A stretch of DNA of 64,000 nucleotides, taken from an uncultured virus (IMG/VR IMGVR_UViG_3300049433_000291) (Duplodnaviria > Heunggongvirae > Uroviricota > Caudoviricetes). Shown in pieces: positions 18,228-28,289 of the stretch (within the stretch, counting starts at the first letter, position 1; the number at the start of each line of letters is the position of its first letter). The notes below the pieces were generated by a model. That model was given only the letters and a program-made list of their open reading frames with translations, ran no database searches and had not been told where the DNA came from. A program made the position numbers and the translations under genes. The DNA is taken from the IMG/VR virus record IMGVR_UViG_3300049433_000291, one strand, 5' to 3'.

Positions 18228-19307
18228 ATGCAAATCAAAAGACATCTTCCCCTTAATTTAACTGTACTGGCGCTGGCTGCGGTGTTATGGCAGGCGGAAG
18301 CTAATGCTCAAACAAGTCAAACTAAAGTAGCGCGGCCACGATCGAGAGGTGTCACCGATCGCAGTCCAAAGCGGCGGGCAGGTGTTAGCAAACGCCGACA
18401 CTTGCGGATAACGCAGTTTTCGCGAATGAGGGAAAGAGCGCGGATGTATGAACCCTTCATCGCCGCGGCGGCTCGTAAACATGGAGTCGATCCTCGGGTG
18501 TTATGGACGATCGCGTATTTAGAGACGCGTTTTCGGCCCGAGCTGGTATCGCCGGCGCGGGCGCGCGGTCTGATGCAGTTCATGCCGGGTACGGCGAGGC
18601 GGTTCAATTTAACGAATCCTCATGATGGGCCTGCGGCTATTGATGCGGCCGCACGATATGTGAAGGAGTTGGTTGGTGAGTTTGGCGGCGGGCGGCTGGA
18701 CCTGGTGCTCGCGAGTTACAACGCGGGAGAGGGCGCCGTTGATTGTTATCGCACGGGGCGAACAATAAGGACTTCGGCCGGCAAAGTCATCAACCCGCGC
18801 GGTATTAAGACGAGCGGTGTTCCTCCCTACGCGGAGACCGTCTCGTATGTGAAGCGGGGCCTGCTGGTTTTCTCACGGGTAACGTCTGCGGGTGTTTTTA
18901 ACCCTGAGCTAATTGCACGAACGAGGGCTTTGCAATCACCTCCAATGGCTATCGCGGTGAGTGATCAGCGCATTATTGATAGTGAGTTGCGAGAGCTTGG
19001 AGGGTTGCCGGTTACGATGCTTTTCTCGGGAGTAAAGCAGATTGGTATTGGTCAGGGTGGTGGTCAGACTGGTGGTAACGAGATAGCTATCGCCCGTCGC
19101 GCTAGTGCGAACGGAGGAGATAGCGCGGCATTTGAAACAGTCTTTTTTGATGTGCATTCCGGCGCGCGTTATCTGGTCAGCAAAGGTGAGATTGTAAAGC
19201 CTTTTGATGTCGTGGAAGCGAGCGGGGCTAGTGGGAATGCGGGCGAGGGAGAGGTAGTTCACCACGTTGTTGCGAAGTCTTTTTATCTTGGTGCGGGCGG
19301 GGAATAG
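18228..19307 (+). CDS. Lytic transglycosylase (SLT domain, VirB1-like)
   Basis: Signal peptide; LETRF catalytic Glu, GLMQFMP, ASYNAGEG, PPYAET..YV. Confidence 0.92.
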   Translation: MQIKRHLPLNLTVLALAAVLWQAEANAQTSQTKVARPRSRGVTDRSPKRRAGVSKRRHLRITQFSRMRERARMYEPFIAAAARKHGVDPRVLWTIAYLETRFRPELVSPARARGLMQFMPGTARRFNLTNPHDGPAAIDAAARYVKELVGEFGGGRLDLVLASYNAGEGAVDCYRTGRTIRTSAGKVINPRGIKTSGVPPYAETVSYVKRGLLVFSRVTSAGVFNPELIARTRALQSPPMAIAVSDQRIIDSELRELGGLPVTMLFSGVKQIGIGQGGGQTGGNEIAIARRASANGGDSAAFETVFFDVHSGARYLVSKGEIVKPFDVVEASGASGNAGEGEVVHHVVAKSFYLGAGGE

Positions 19308-19342
19308 TGGTTTGTGGCAACCGCGGAAAAGAGAAGCCAATT

Positions 19343-20323
19343 ATGAGTAGAGATAACGATGGGCGAGCAGCAGTCGTCACTGCGGATGAGATCCCTGGAG
19401 AGTTAAGCGACCTATTGGCCGAGTTGGAGTTGGACCGAGGCGTTCAACTGAGTCTTGATGCGCCGCAGATGCGGCAGCCTCGATATGCACAGCAATCAGA
19501 AACTCAGGCGGATGGGAGAGAGGGCGGAACGGGTTCGGTGATTCCGGAAGTAAGAGCGCGTGGGGGAAAAGGATTCTCTTCAGGTCCTGCGGTTATTTAT
19601 CGAGATTCGTCTGATGTGCAAGCGATTCTGAATTTAACATGGTCGATGATGATCATGGCGCTGCTTTTGGTGGCGAGTGGTGTCGGCAATATTTATCAGT
19701 ACCTGCGGCGGCCGGACAGGATTGTTGTGGACGGCGGAACCGGTCGGGTGCTTTCAATCAACAACCGCAATTATGGCCGAGAGGACGGGGTTGAGTTCGG
19801 GCCCGACAGACTGACACAGCAGGATAAGGTTTACATCACGAAAGAATTCGTGAAGGCGGTATATCAGGTCGATCCGGCAACCAGGCCTCGGGACATTGAG
19901 CGAGCTTTGACAATGATGGTTCCGGACTCTGCGGTGAAGTTCTCCAAGTGGATGCGAGAAAAGGGTGTGTTAGATCAGCAGAAAGCGGAGAGTTGGCAAA
20001 CGATCTGGAATCCGATGGACGTGTCCGTTGATAAGAATGACGGCTACACGGTGAACGTCATTGGCAAGCAGGATATTACCAAGATGGTCAATGGTGTCAC
20101 GGTGACAGAGGCGAGGCAGTTGCGGTTAACGATCAAGCTTGTGGCTGACAATAAGGGCCGGGCGGATCGTAACCTGCGGTCAGGGTTTTTGGTTTCTTCA
20201 CTGGACTATCAAGAGTTGAATGATCCTGTAAGCAAAGGTGTCGGGCAGGAGAATGGGGCGGTGAGCTCACCTGCGGCGAAATCGACGCAGGCTACACCAG
20301 TGACCGCTCTGCAGAATCAATAA
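19343..20323 (+). CDS. VirB8/TrbF-like bitopic protein
   Basis: Single TM followed by a probable NTF2-like domain (R..RNLRSGFLV..L); position in T4SS operon. Confidence 0.6.
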   Translation: MSRDNDGRAAVVTADEIPGELSDLLAELELDRGVQLSLDAPQMRQPRYAQQSETQADGREGGTGSVIPEVRARGGKGFSSGPAVIYRDSSDVQAILNLTWSMMIMALLLVASGVGNIYQYLRRPDRIVVDGGTGRVLSINNRNYGREDGVEFGPDRLTQQDKVYITKEFVKAVYQVDPATRPRDIERALTMMVPDSAVKFSKWMREKGVLDQQKAESWQTIWNPMDVSVDKNDGYTVNVIGKQDITKMVNGVTVTEARQLRLTIKLVADNKGRADRNLRSGFLVSSLDYQELNDPVSKGVGQENGAVSSPAAKSTQATPVTALQNQ

Positions 20324-20346
20324 AACTAATCTAGCTCGAGTCAGAA

Positions 20347-21600
20347 ATGGAGTCTTTCATGTTTAAGCACGGGAATCGTAGACGCTCTCAGGCGGTGGTG
20401 GTTTTGTTTTTAATGACGTTCTCTGCCTTAGTAGTGGCGCAGCAACGAGGGCAACGTAAGCAGCCTGAAACATCAGGGCAGGGGCGTAAGCCTGTTGCGG
20501 GTGTAGTGCCGCCGGCGGCGAAGCCGTCTCCCTCACCGGCGATGGCGCCTGTTGCTTTAGTGAATCCTTCGCAGCCTGAGTACATGTCGGGAGAGGCCAA
20601 TGTCACTGTACGGGGAAATCAGAATCCGATTATCCGTTTGGGTTTGGCGCAGAACGGAGTGAACGTCATTGAGTTTCCCGCGGCTGATTCCTTTTTCATG
20701 ATTCATCCTGGTAATTCGGAGCTGGTGTCGTTTGATGAAGAGACTGCGAAGTTAAGCAAGCGGTCTCTTGTGTTGCGGCCGGGCACGGCTTTTGTGGCGC
20801 CGCCTGCGGGATCGACGACAAGAGGTCCGTCGGCGTCGATCAGCGTGCAGATGCAGTCGGGGATTGTTGTCACCTTCTTGATCTATCCGGTGCGCGAACT
20901 TTCGCAAAATGCGCATCGGTGCGTAGTGATGTACAACCGCGACGAGGTGGTTGCTGCTCGCAAAGCCGCGGGTTTGGCGGTCAATCTTGATGGGAGAGAG
21001 CCTGCTCCGAAACACAGTAATGGATCGATGCGGTTTGGTGAAGATGGCGACGATGGGGACTTGATCGTTCCTAAGGTGTCGCGATTGATTGCCGACGTTG
21101 ATAGCAGTCGCGCGGATGAGCGCGTTCGCAACGGTAAGGTGTCGAAGAAACGGCCCAAGCTATCGGAAGTCGCAAACCGGGCGTTGAAGGATGCAATTAA
21201 GAATCCGAACAAGATTGGTGCGTTTGCGAAGTCGAACCACGGTCTTAGTTTGGCGGTGGCGCCAGTTGTTGATTTGGATGTTCAGGCTCGGATGGTGGTG
21301 ATTGCTGTAAGGAACGACGCTCAGGGCGTGCTGCGAATTGTTCAGGGAAATCCGGAAGTTTACGTGCAGACCTTCGATGATAACGGCAAGACGCTTCAGT
21401 TGGAGCAGGTGAAACGTCTCTATGTTGAGAGTACTTCTCTGGAAGGAAAGCTGAACAAGGGCGAGGTTGTTTACTATGCGATCGTTTATGAGGCGCCGGT
21501 GCTTGGTGCTTTGCAGCGACTGAGAGTTTCGGTTAGTCAGACGGAAGCCGCTGATGAGCCTGTGACGGCAGCTTTGGGGACCGCCACGGGTCGAAAGTAG
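20347..21600 (+). CDS. VirB9/TraK-like secreted core-complex protein
   Basis: Signal peptide, beta-rich 'VNVIEFP' domain, between VirB8- and VirB10-like genes. Confidence 0.5.
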   Translation: MESFMFKHGNRRRSQAVVVLFLMTFSALVVAQQRGQRKQPETSGQGRKPVAGVVPPAAKPSPSPAMAPVALVNPSQPEYMSGEANVTVRGNQNPIIRLGLAQNGVNVIEFPAADSFFMIHPGNSELVSFDEETAKLSKRSLVLRPGTAFVAPPAGSTTRGPSASISVQMQSGIVVTFLIYPVRELSQNAHRCVVMYNRDEVVAARKAAGLAVNLDGREPAPKHSNGSMRFGEDGDDGDLIVPKVSRLIADVDSSRADERVRNGKVSKKRPKLSEVANRALKDAIKNPNKIGAFAKSNHGLSLAVAPVVDLDVQARMVVIAVRNDAQGVLRIVQGNPEVYVQTFDDNGKTLQLEQVKRLYVESTSLEGKLNKGEVVYYAIVYEAPVLGALQRLRVSVSQTEAADEPVTAALGTATGRK

Positions 21601-21640
21601 TTTGTGGGTGAAACGTCATTTTCTGAGTAGAGGCTGAATC

Positions 21641-23149
21641 ATGAACAATCAAACTGCGGATCGCGAGTCGGGTAATGGTAACGGTTTTCACGGGGATCGG
21701 CGAGTGGTTCTCGAAGAGCTTGATGATGAGTTCGAGGGTGATGGAGAACGTGAGTTTGTTGGCGACGAGGAACGGCGTGCTGTGTTGATCGATGAAGGCG
21801 ACATGGTTGCCGGGGTTGAAGAGGAGCGCGGCGAAAAACAGGGAAAGGGCCGTGGCCGTAGAGCTGTTCTTGGTCTTGGTTTGTTGATTGTCATCGTTGC
21901 CTGTGCCGCGATCGCCGGCTGGTTTGTGATCGGTAAGGGAGCCACACGAAAGGCGAAGGTGCCGGTTAATGGAAGCAATGCGTCAACGAATTCAGGCGCT
22001 GAATCTGAAGAAGCAATGACGCGACAGGCTATTGAGCAAGCTCGTGTGAGTGGTCCAGGTATTACGTTGAGCGATGGGTCGGTGGTTAGGCCGGGCACGT
22101 TGCCGCCAACGACGGGAAGGGCGCCTGGTTCGAATGTGCCCGTGACGCAGGTGGCGCCAGTCATCAACGGAGATTTATCCAGCACGGTCAATTCGGCCCA
22201 GCCAAATACGAATACTGAAACTTCGAGAAATAGTGAGGCAAAGTCAACTGTTGCGCGGACGGTCGCGGCCGTTGTGGGGCGGAACAATGAGCGCTCGGTG
22301 AGGATTGCTGAGGATGTAAAGCTAGCGACTGATGTGCGTGGTCGTGCGGGCGCTCGTGAGGGGAGTGCGGACGAGGTACGCAAGGATCCGAGCGGCATCG
22401 CGTTGCCTTCGTTCGGGAGCATGTTGCCTGTGAAAAGTCTTGGGGTGCTTTATACCTTGCGGTCTGGTGGATTGGTGCGGCTTGAACTCACGCGGGATGT
22501 GAAGGGTAAGGGTTGGTCCATGGCTCGAGGGACTGTTTTAGTGGGCGCGTTGCGAGGGGCGGAGTACGACCGGGCTTTTGTTTCATTAGTCGGGTTTATT
22601 GATTCGGAGTCTGGGCGGTTTGTAAAAATCACTGGCGATCTGCTTGGCTCTGATGGGGGCGTAGGAATCCGTGGCAAGAAGAGGAAGATGTCGAGTGGTT
22701 GGGCGCGCGCGCTCTCCCGTCTAGGCGAGGCGGGTTTGAACATCGCGGGAACTTTAGCGGGCTCGGTGGGTCGAAGGCCGATCGTGATTAGTGATGCTTT
22801 CGGTAGTTATGGCGGACGGGTGACAAAAGAATTGGACGGGGCGCTGATCGGCCGAGATGGTAACAGCTTTGTGGAGGTAGCGGCTGGGAGTTCAGGCTAC
22901 ATCATGATCACGGAATTGCCGGAGGCGATTCAGGGTGTAGACGCCTTGGCGAAATTATCGGGGCGTGATGTTGAGGAACGCTCTGATGCGGACCAGCCAC
23001 GTCGGACGACGGGTATTTCTGAACGCGAGCTGGCGGATTTGATTCAGTCAGGTGATCCGGAACGGATCAAAGCGGCGTTCTCACGCATGACTCCTGAAAT
23101 GCGACGGGTGGCGGAGGCAGTGGTGAGCGGGGATTTGGCCGCGCGATAA
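21641..23149 (+). CDS. VirB10/TrbI-like protein
   Basis: Acidic N-terminus, single TM, Pro/Thr-rich linker, C-terminal VRLELT.DV...GTVLVG...GSDGGVGI.G domain. Confidence 0.7.
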   Translation: MNNQTADRESGNGNGFHGDRRVVLEELDDEFEGDGEREFVGDEERRAVLIDEGDMVAGVEEERGEKQGKGRGRRAVLGLGLLIVIVACAAIAGWFVIGKGATRKAKVPVNGSNASTNSGAESEEAMTRQAIEQARVSGPGITLSDGSVVRPGTLPPTTGRAPGSNVPVTQVAPVINGDLSSTVNSAQPNTNTETSRNSEAKSTVARTVAAVVGRNNERSVRIAEDVKLATDVRGRAGAREGSADEVRKDPSGIALPSFGSMLPVKSLGVLYTLRSGGLVRLELTRDVKGKGWSMARGTVLVGALRGAEYDRAFVSLVGFIDSESGRFVKITGDLLGSDGGVGIRGKKRKMSSGWARALSRLGEAGLNIAGTLAGSVGRRPIVISDAFGSYGGRVTKELDGALIGRDGNSFVEVAAGSSGYIMITELPEAIQGVDALAKLSGRDVEERSDADQPRRTTGISERELADLIQSGDPERIKAAFSRMTPEMRRVAEAVVSGDLAAR

Positions 23150-23158
23150 GGGCTACAC

Positions 23159-24187
23159 ATGAATCCAATGAATCCAGATAAGCCAAGCATTAACCCGCGT
23201 ACTGTTGTTACGGACGGCGGGTCTGTGGCTCTGGCGCGAATGTTGGCGGGAACCGGTTACATGGTTCAGGAGGGAGTCCTCGGCGATTTGACGCAGGCAA
23301 TTAAGAGCGGTGCTCCGCATTTGATCGAAGGGGAGCGGGGCTCAGGGAAAACGGCTTTAGCCGAAGCCCTGGCGATCGCTTGTAACCTTCCGGTTTTTTA
23401 TTTACAGGGAATGGAAGGTTTGGAACTCGAGGATGTGCTTTATAGCTGGGACAGAGAAGGTCAGTCTCAGTGGGTGCGCCAGGCGATTGCTTCGGGAATG
23501 GATTTGAAGGAAGCACGTGAGAAGCAATGGGGCGCGGACTATCTGATGTTTGGCGAAGCTTTGGGAGCTTTTGAGTTTGCCGCGCGTACAGGGGTTGTGC
23601 CGATCCTCATCGTGGATGAGATCGATAAGCTCCAGGATACGACTGAGGACATGTTGTTGCAGTTATTCGGTCGTGGTTATGCGCACGTGCCGCGTTACGG
23701 TCATGTCGGCGAGAGAGATCCATCGCGATGGCCGGTAGTCGTTTTATTGTCAAATGACATTAGACATGATCTGTCGGCGCCGATGCGCTCTCGTTGCGTT
23801 TATACGTGGATGGATATGCCGAGCGCACGTGAAGAGGTAGCCATATTGTGCGCTCGTGTGCCGGATGCGTCGCGCGAGGCGGTGGCTTGGGTGGCGAAGC
23901 TGCTTGACTGTATTCGTGCGATCCCTGGAGTTCAAGACAAACCTGCGTTGCGCGAAGGCATTTGTTTGTTGAGTGCTTTCATGCGTGATGCGGTGCGAGA
24001 AGTAGATGAGGCTACTTTGACATCGTACTTGTGTTTGATTACGAAGCGGCGGGGTGATCGTTCTTATCTACAGCAGTCGATGGCGCGAATCGAACTTGCA
24101 GTTAATGAGCGGCACGATGAAGTCGACGTGTGGGTAGAACAGGAGTTTGGTTTGCGCGAGCGTGGGCATCTGGCAGCCGTAGCTTGA
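23159..24187 (+). CDS. MoxR-type AAA+ ATPase
   Basis: LIEGERGSGKTALA, IVDEIDK, LLSND..DLS.PMRSRC (sensor I / Arg finger). Confidence 0.85.
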   Translation: MNPMNPDKPSINPRTVVTDGGSVALARMLAGTGYMVQEGVLGDLTQAIKSGAPHLIEGERGSGKTALAEALAIACNLPVFYLQGMEGLELEDVLYSWDREGQSQWVRQAIASGMDLKEAREKQWGADYLMFGEALGAFEFAARTGVVPILIVDEIDKLQDTTEDMLLQLFGRGYAHVPRYGHVGERDPSRWPVVVLLSNDIRHDLSAPMRSRCVYTWMDMPSAREEVAILCARVPDASREAVAWVAKLLDCIRAIPGVQDKPALREGICLLSAFMRDAVREVDEATLTSYLCLITKRRGDRSYLQQSMARIELAVNERHDEVDVWVEQEFGLRERGHLAAVA

Positions 24188-24201
24188 GGTGTTTTGGAAA
24201 T

Positions 24202-24942
24202 ATGGCTAGGAGTAAATCACAAAAATCACTTGGACGAGCATTCCTGTCTTCACCATTGGCAGTGGTGTTGTCGGTAGCGATGGTGGTGGTGTTTGGAATG
24301 TCATTTGCTGGATACGTTCGTCGCGGTGGGTTCTGGTCACCCGAAGTAGAAGCTCGGGTATTCAATGAGCGTGATCGCAGTCGTAATCGGCAAGATAACG
24401 GGACGAATGGCAAACAACGGATGTTTGCGTTTCAAGGTGAGGTCTATGACGAGGCGGAACAGGTCAGAGAGGTGGCGTCTCTCGTTATGGGTACGACGTT
24501 ATTGGCGGCCGAACGGTCTCTTGAACGGAAGCCTTTTGCAACTGTTGAAAACTTGCTTGCTGGTGTAGTTGAGGCAGGGTTGTTACCGCCTGGATTGAGC
24601 CAGGATAGTGCTAGTACTTCCGTGAGTTCTGAGCATGCGGTCTATTACATCCGGTACAGGGCGGAGCCTCTTGGGGTTGAAGTGCTGTCGATCGGTAAGG
24701 GAAAGGGTAATGGGGTTGCGATAGTGGTCCGTTTACCGGATGACGAGTTTTCGGAAAACGCATTGACCTATTACGTGGTTTCTAAAGCAGGAGCGCAGAT
24801 GCCTGCGGCGTTCACGCCGGCGGCGCAGTTGATTGGTGCTGGTTGGCGGCCTGAGAGTTTTAAGGCGTCGGAGGTTTCAGGTGCTGAGCGAGACAAGCAG
24901 CGTGAATGGCTAGCTGCGCGCGCGGCGGCGCCTGTTCGATAG
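24202..24942 (+). CDS. Membrane-anchored hypothetical protein of the transfer operon
   Basis: N-terminal hydrophobic helix; ATG 24202 after GAGG. Confidence 0.65.
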   Translation: MARSKSQKSLGRAFLSSPLAVVLSVAMVVVFGMSFAGYVRRGGFWSPEVEARVFNERDRSRNRQDNGTNGKQRMFAFQGEVYDEAEQVREVASLVMGTTLLAAERSLERKPFATVENLLAGVVEAGLLPPGLSQDSASTSVSSEHAVYYIRYRAEPLGVEVLSIGKGKGNGVAIVVRLPDDEFSENALTYYVVSKAGAQMPAAFTPAAQLIGAGWRPESFKASEVSGAERDKQREWLAARAAAPVR

Positions 24943-24981
24943 GGTGTTTGAGTAGCAAGAGAAGGCGGATGAGGAAACTTC

Positions 24982-27276
24982 ATGTCGTTCGTTAAAAGAA
25001 TAGAAGAGTTCGATGCTACCCGGGGTATTCCGCGGCCGGCAGACATGCAAAGCATGCCTGCTTACCAGGCGTTCCTGCGGGTAATGTCGGCTGGCGTCAT
25101 GATGTTGCTATTGACGGGGTGCGGTGGATTATCGGCGTACTTGCTTTGGCTCTCTGCCGGCTATCTGGAAGTTTCAACTCAAACAAAACTTTATTTTCTT
25201 ATTGCGATGCTTGCGTGTGTGCTTGTGGCTTGCATGGAGGCTTTGCAGGAGGTTCTGCCGTATTACAGGATTCAGCAGAGGTTGACTTTTGGGACCGGAC
25301 GTTGGGCGGACGAGGTGTATTTGAAGACCGCCGGGTTTGCTTTGAAACTCGGAGATATGGTTGGCGGTCTCCCTCGCGGGTCGCTGCGGATTGGCGAAAT
25401 GAAGAGAGGCTATAGCTTGGTTTTGAATGAAACTGAGTGGTTGCGGCATATTGCCATTTTTGGTCCTCCAGGATCGGGAAAATCGAAAACGTTCTTGATG
25501 AATATGCTTCGGGATATGGCTCGGGGGGGATCGGCGATTGTGCTTGATCCGAAGGGGGAGCTTTTTGAGCAGACGGCTGGAGCGTTTCGTCAGGTATATC
25601 GGCTTGATTTGGTTAATCCGTCGCGATCGGATCGGTGGAATTTTCTGCCCAAGTGTAAGGGCCGTGCGGAATTTGCCGGGCAGATGGCTGGTACGATGAT
25701 CGGTTTGGAGGGGACAAAGTACAACATGGCGGATCCCTTCTGGCAGGAATCAGAGCTGTTACTTTTGAAAGCTGTGCTGCTGCATTTGCCGGATATCGTT
25801 GAAGAGCCGACGCCACCGATGATTTTTGAGTATCTGGCTCTGCGAGCTTTGAAGGACATTGAAAGCGAAATGCTGAGTTCGGAAAACGAGAAAGTGAGAC
25901 TTGCGTGGGGGGCCTTTCAAAAGGCGCCGCCCCAAACTCAGGGAAGCGTTATTACCGGTTTGATGAATAAGCTGGGAACGTTCCAGGAGGAACACGCTCA
26001 AAAGGTTTGTGCTCCTATATCTGCCGCAGACCGTGCGGCGGGTGTTCGGCAAATCGAATTCAGCAGATTGCGCGAGTACGGGACGGTAATCTACATAGTT
26101 GTGGGAGAGGGTGATGCTACTCGCTATAAGAATGTCCTGGCTACGTTCATTGGGCAGGCCGTCAATGAGTTACGCTTTGATAATGACGCAGTTGATCTTG
26201 CGCCCGTGGGTTTCGTGTTGGACGAAGCGGCGAACGTTCCGTTGGTGGGCCTTAAAGAAATTGCAGGTGTGGGTCGTGGTCGCAGGATTGGTCTGATACT
26301 TGGTTATCAGAATTTACCTCAGGTGCATGACCAGTACGGACAGGAAGGTGGTAACGCGATCCTTGGTTCGATCGGGACTATGATTTTCTTGCCCGGGCTT
26401 GATGATGTTACGACTCAGTTTGCTTCGCGTCGTATTGGCCAGACGACGGTTTGGAGTCATACGACGGTGGATGGTAAGGGAAAGAAATTGGATAACGAGC
26501 GGCAGTCGGAGACTGGCCGGGCGTTGATGGATCCAACGGAAGTTCGGCAGATGGTTAAGCATCAGCAGTGCGTGGTGGTGATAGATACCTCTCCGCCGAT
26601 TAAGGCTGGTTATCCGCCGTATGCCGTCTTGAGGCAATGTGCTATTGCGGCTGAGTACGGGGAGCCGAAGCTGGTGTCATTGTTGCAAGCTGAAGAGGCG
26701 TTTTTGAAGGTCATTGCTCAGAGGATGGAGATGGAGCTCCGGAAGAAGGAACTGGAGGAAGCGGCGAAGGAGCTGGAGGCCGGAGAAGGCGGCGAGCCGG
26801 CGAATGGTACTGGACGTGTGACGGTGGGTGCGGACGGGATCCCGCCATTGTTGCCCGAAACAATTGATGGAGGATTGAACTACCAGCCTGATGGCAGCAG
26901 CGTGCCGTCGGTCGCCATAGTAGGGACTACGACTCAGGTTGGTGATGCTGGGGCTTCTATTGGCACGGCAGGTAGCAAGGAGGTTGGTGCGCGGGCGAGG
27001 ACTGGGACAGATCGTACTGATACTAAAGGGCGTCGCGCGAAGGTCGTGACTCTGGCAAATCCTAATCAAGCAATCCTATCTTTTTCGGATCAGGCTGTTG
27101 AGGAAGCATTGCTTGGTTCGGTTACAGCAGTTGTTGGCAGGCAGGGTCCCGGGGATTCAGTTCGAATATTTCCAGTAAGGAAAACTGACCCAGGGAATAC
27201 TCCTTTATCTGATGATGCAATCTTGAATAGTGGGCCTGTGGGTGAGGTCGGCGCGCATCACGATAGTTTGCGATAA
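24982..27276 (+). CDS. virD4: Type IV coupling protein (VirD4/TraD-like)
   Basis: Two N-terminal TMs; HIAIFGPPGSGKS, VLDPKGEL, LDEAAN, GRGRRI...YQN.PQ. Confidence 0.92.
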   Translation: MSFVKRIEEFDATRGIPRPADMQSMPAYQAFLRVMSAGVMMLLLTGCGGLSAYLLWLSAGYLEVSTQTKLYFLIAMLACVLVACMEALQEVLPYYRIQQRLTFGTGRWADEVYLKTAGFALKLGDMVGGLPRGSLRIGEMKRGYSLVLNETEWLRHIAIFGPPGSGKSKTFLMNMLRDMARGGSAIVLDPKGELFEQTAGAFRQVYRLDLVNPSRSDRWNFLPKCKGRAEFAGQMAGTMIGLEGTKYNMADPFWQESELLLLKAVLLHLPDIVEEPTPPMIFEYLALRALKDIESEMLSSENEKVRLAWGAFQKAPPQTQGSVITGLMNKLGTFQEEHAQKVCAPISAADRAAGVRQIEFSRLREYGTVIYIVVGEGDATRYKNVLATFIGQAVNELRFDNDAVDLAPVGFVLDEAANVPLVGLKEIAGVGRGRRIGLILGYQNLPQVHDQYGQEGGNAILGSIGTMIFLPGLDDVTTQFASRRIGQTTVWSHTTVDGKGKKLDNERQSETGRALMDPTEVRQMVKHQQCVVVIDTSPPIKAGYPPYAVLRQCAIAAEYGEPKLVSLLQAEEAFLKVIAQRMEMELRKKELEEAAKELEAGEGGEPANGTGRVTVGADGIPPLLPETIDGGLNYQPDGSSVPSVAIVGTTTQVGDAGASIGTAGSKEVGARARTGTDRTDTKGRRAKVVTLANPNQAILSFSDQAVEEALLGSVTAVVGRQGPGDSVRIFPVRKTDPGNTPLSDDAILNSGPVGEVGAHHDSLR

Positions 27277-27313
27277 CACTTTTGAAGAGAAGCAGGAGAG
27301 AGGTTATTAAGTC

Positions 27314-27895
27314 ATGTTTGAAGGCGCCAGAAAACAGAAGTTCAAGATAACGTTCGTTATTCTTGGAGTGTCGGTCATTGTTTTGGTTATTAGTTTCGCG
27401 TATGGCACATGGGCAAGGACACAGCGCGAAAAAGAGATGGTGCCGCGACTGGCCGCTGATAGCATGATGAAGGCGCTGAGACAGTATCAACGCCAGACTG
27501 GTCAGTTTCCGGATGACTTTGGCGCGCTCGAGGAGCGAATTTGGAAACACTCAAAAACTCCTGATTTTGGTCCCAGCAAGCGGACGCTTACAGTTGCGAA
27601 TTATTACTATGTTTATGCGAAGACTGATCCTTTGACTTGCACAATATGGGCAATCCCTTCGGGGCCGAAGCGGGAAGAGGGTTCCACGCATTTTCTTGTT
27701 ATCACACCTGAAGTTATTCGGCGGTGGAAGGGCCCGGCACTGTCAAAGGGAGACATTGATAAGATCGCTTCGGCGCCCACAGCCGATTTATTGAACATGC
27801 TGGGTATGACTGAGCAGCGGATTATCGATCAGCGAGCAGGTCGCACGACATCCTTGTTGTTACCCGTCCTATCATCGGATAAGAAGTCTCTGTAA
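27314..27895 (+). CDS. Membrane-anchored pseudopilin-like protein
   Basis: N-terminal TM then ALRQYQRQTGQFPDDFGAL, resembling GspG/type IV pilin globular heads; no prepilin cleavage motif seen. Confidence 0.45.
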   Translation: MFEGARKQKFKITFVILGVSVIVLVISFAYGTWARTQREKEMVPRLAADSMMKALRQYQRQTGQFPDDFGALEERIWKHSKTPDFGPSKRTLTVANYYYVYAKTDPLTCTIWAIPSGPKREEGSTHFLVITPEVIRRWKGPALSKGDIDKIASAPTADLLNMLGMTEQRIIDQRAGRTTSLLLPVLSSDKKSL

Positions 27896-27917
27896 TGCGG
27901 CTGCGGCCTTGAGACTT

Positions 27918-28061
27918 AAACTTCAGCTCGTGCAACCAGTCATCGCCTGATGGCGGTTCTTTCACGAGCGCGCGTGTCGTCGTTGCAAGTTGTGGTGGGA
28001 TGAAGCCCGGAAGTTTGGACTCGCGCGCACCCGGCAGCTTCTTGAGGTCTGATCGGATCAT
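27918..28061 (-). pseudogene. Remnant of an ATP-dependent (LigD-type) DNA ligase
   Basis: LPGFIPPQLAT...EPPSGDDWLHELKF matches the start of the LigD ligase domain but breaks off before DGYR. Confidence 0.7.
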
Positions 28062-28215
28062 CGTTTCTTCCGAGACGTGGGCTTGCGCTTGAGGCCCTGA
28101 TATCTCACATTCCCTGGCAGCTTATGCGGCAGGTCTAGTTCATCATCAACGAGGTCTTCCATGTGGACGCCAGCAACTCGCGCGTACTGAAGAACAGCGT
28201 ACTGAAGAACTATTG
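28058..28215 (-). pseudogene. C-terminal remnant of an XRE-type HTH regulator
   Basis: VLQYARVAGVHMEDLVDDELDLP resembles the last helices of XRE regulators; N-terminal HTH absent; 14-bp tandem duplication at the break. Confidence 0.5.
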
Positions 28216-28289
28216 TCCCGCCTCCCGAATGGTGATATAAGCCGCTCGTTCCTTGCGTTCTCTCAACCCTCAACCCCCGGAGGCTCACC

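Noticed and set aside
21688..22422. 244-aa antisense ORF (and similar ones such as 15643..16149, 35765..36334, 62834..63418)
   Set aside because: Shadow frames opposite well-supported genes, with no recognisable motifs
23159..24187. VirB11 call
   Set aside because: Lacks the VirB11/PilT Asp and His boxes; has AAA+ sensor I and Arg-finger motifs of the MoxR type
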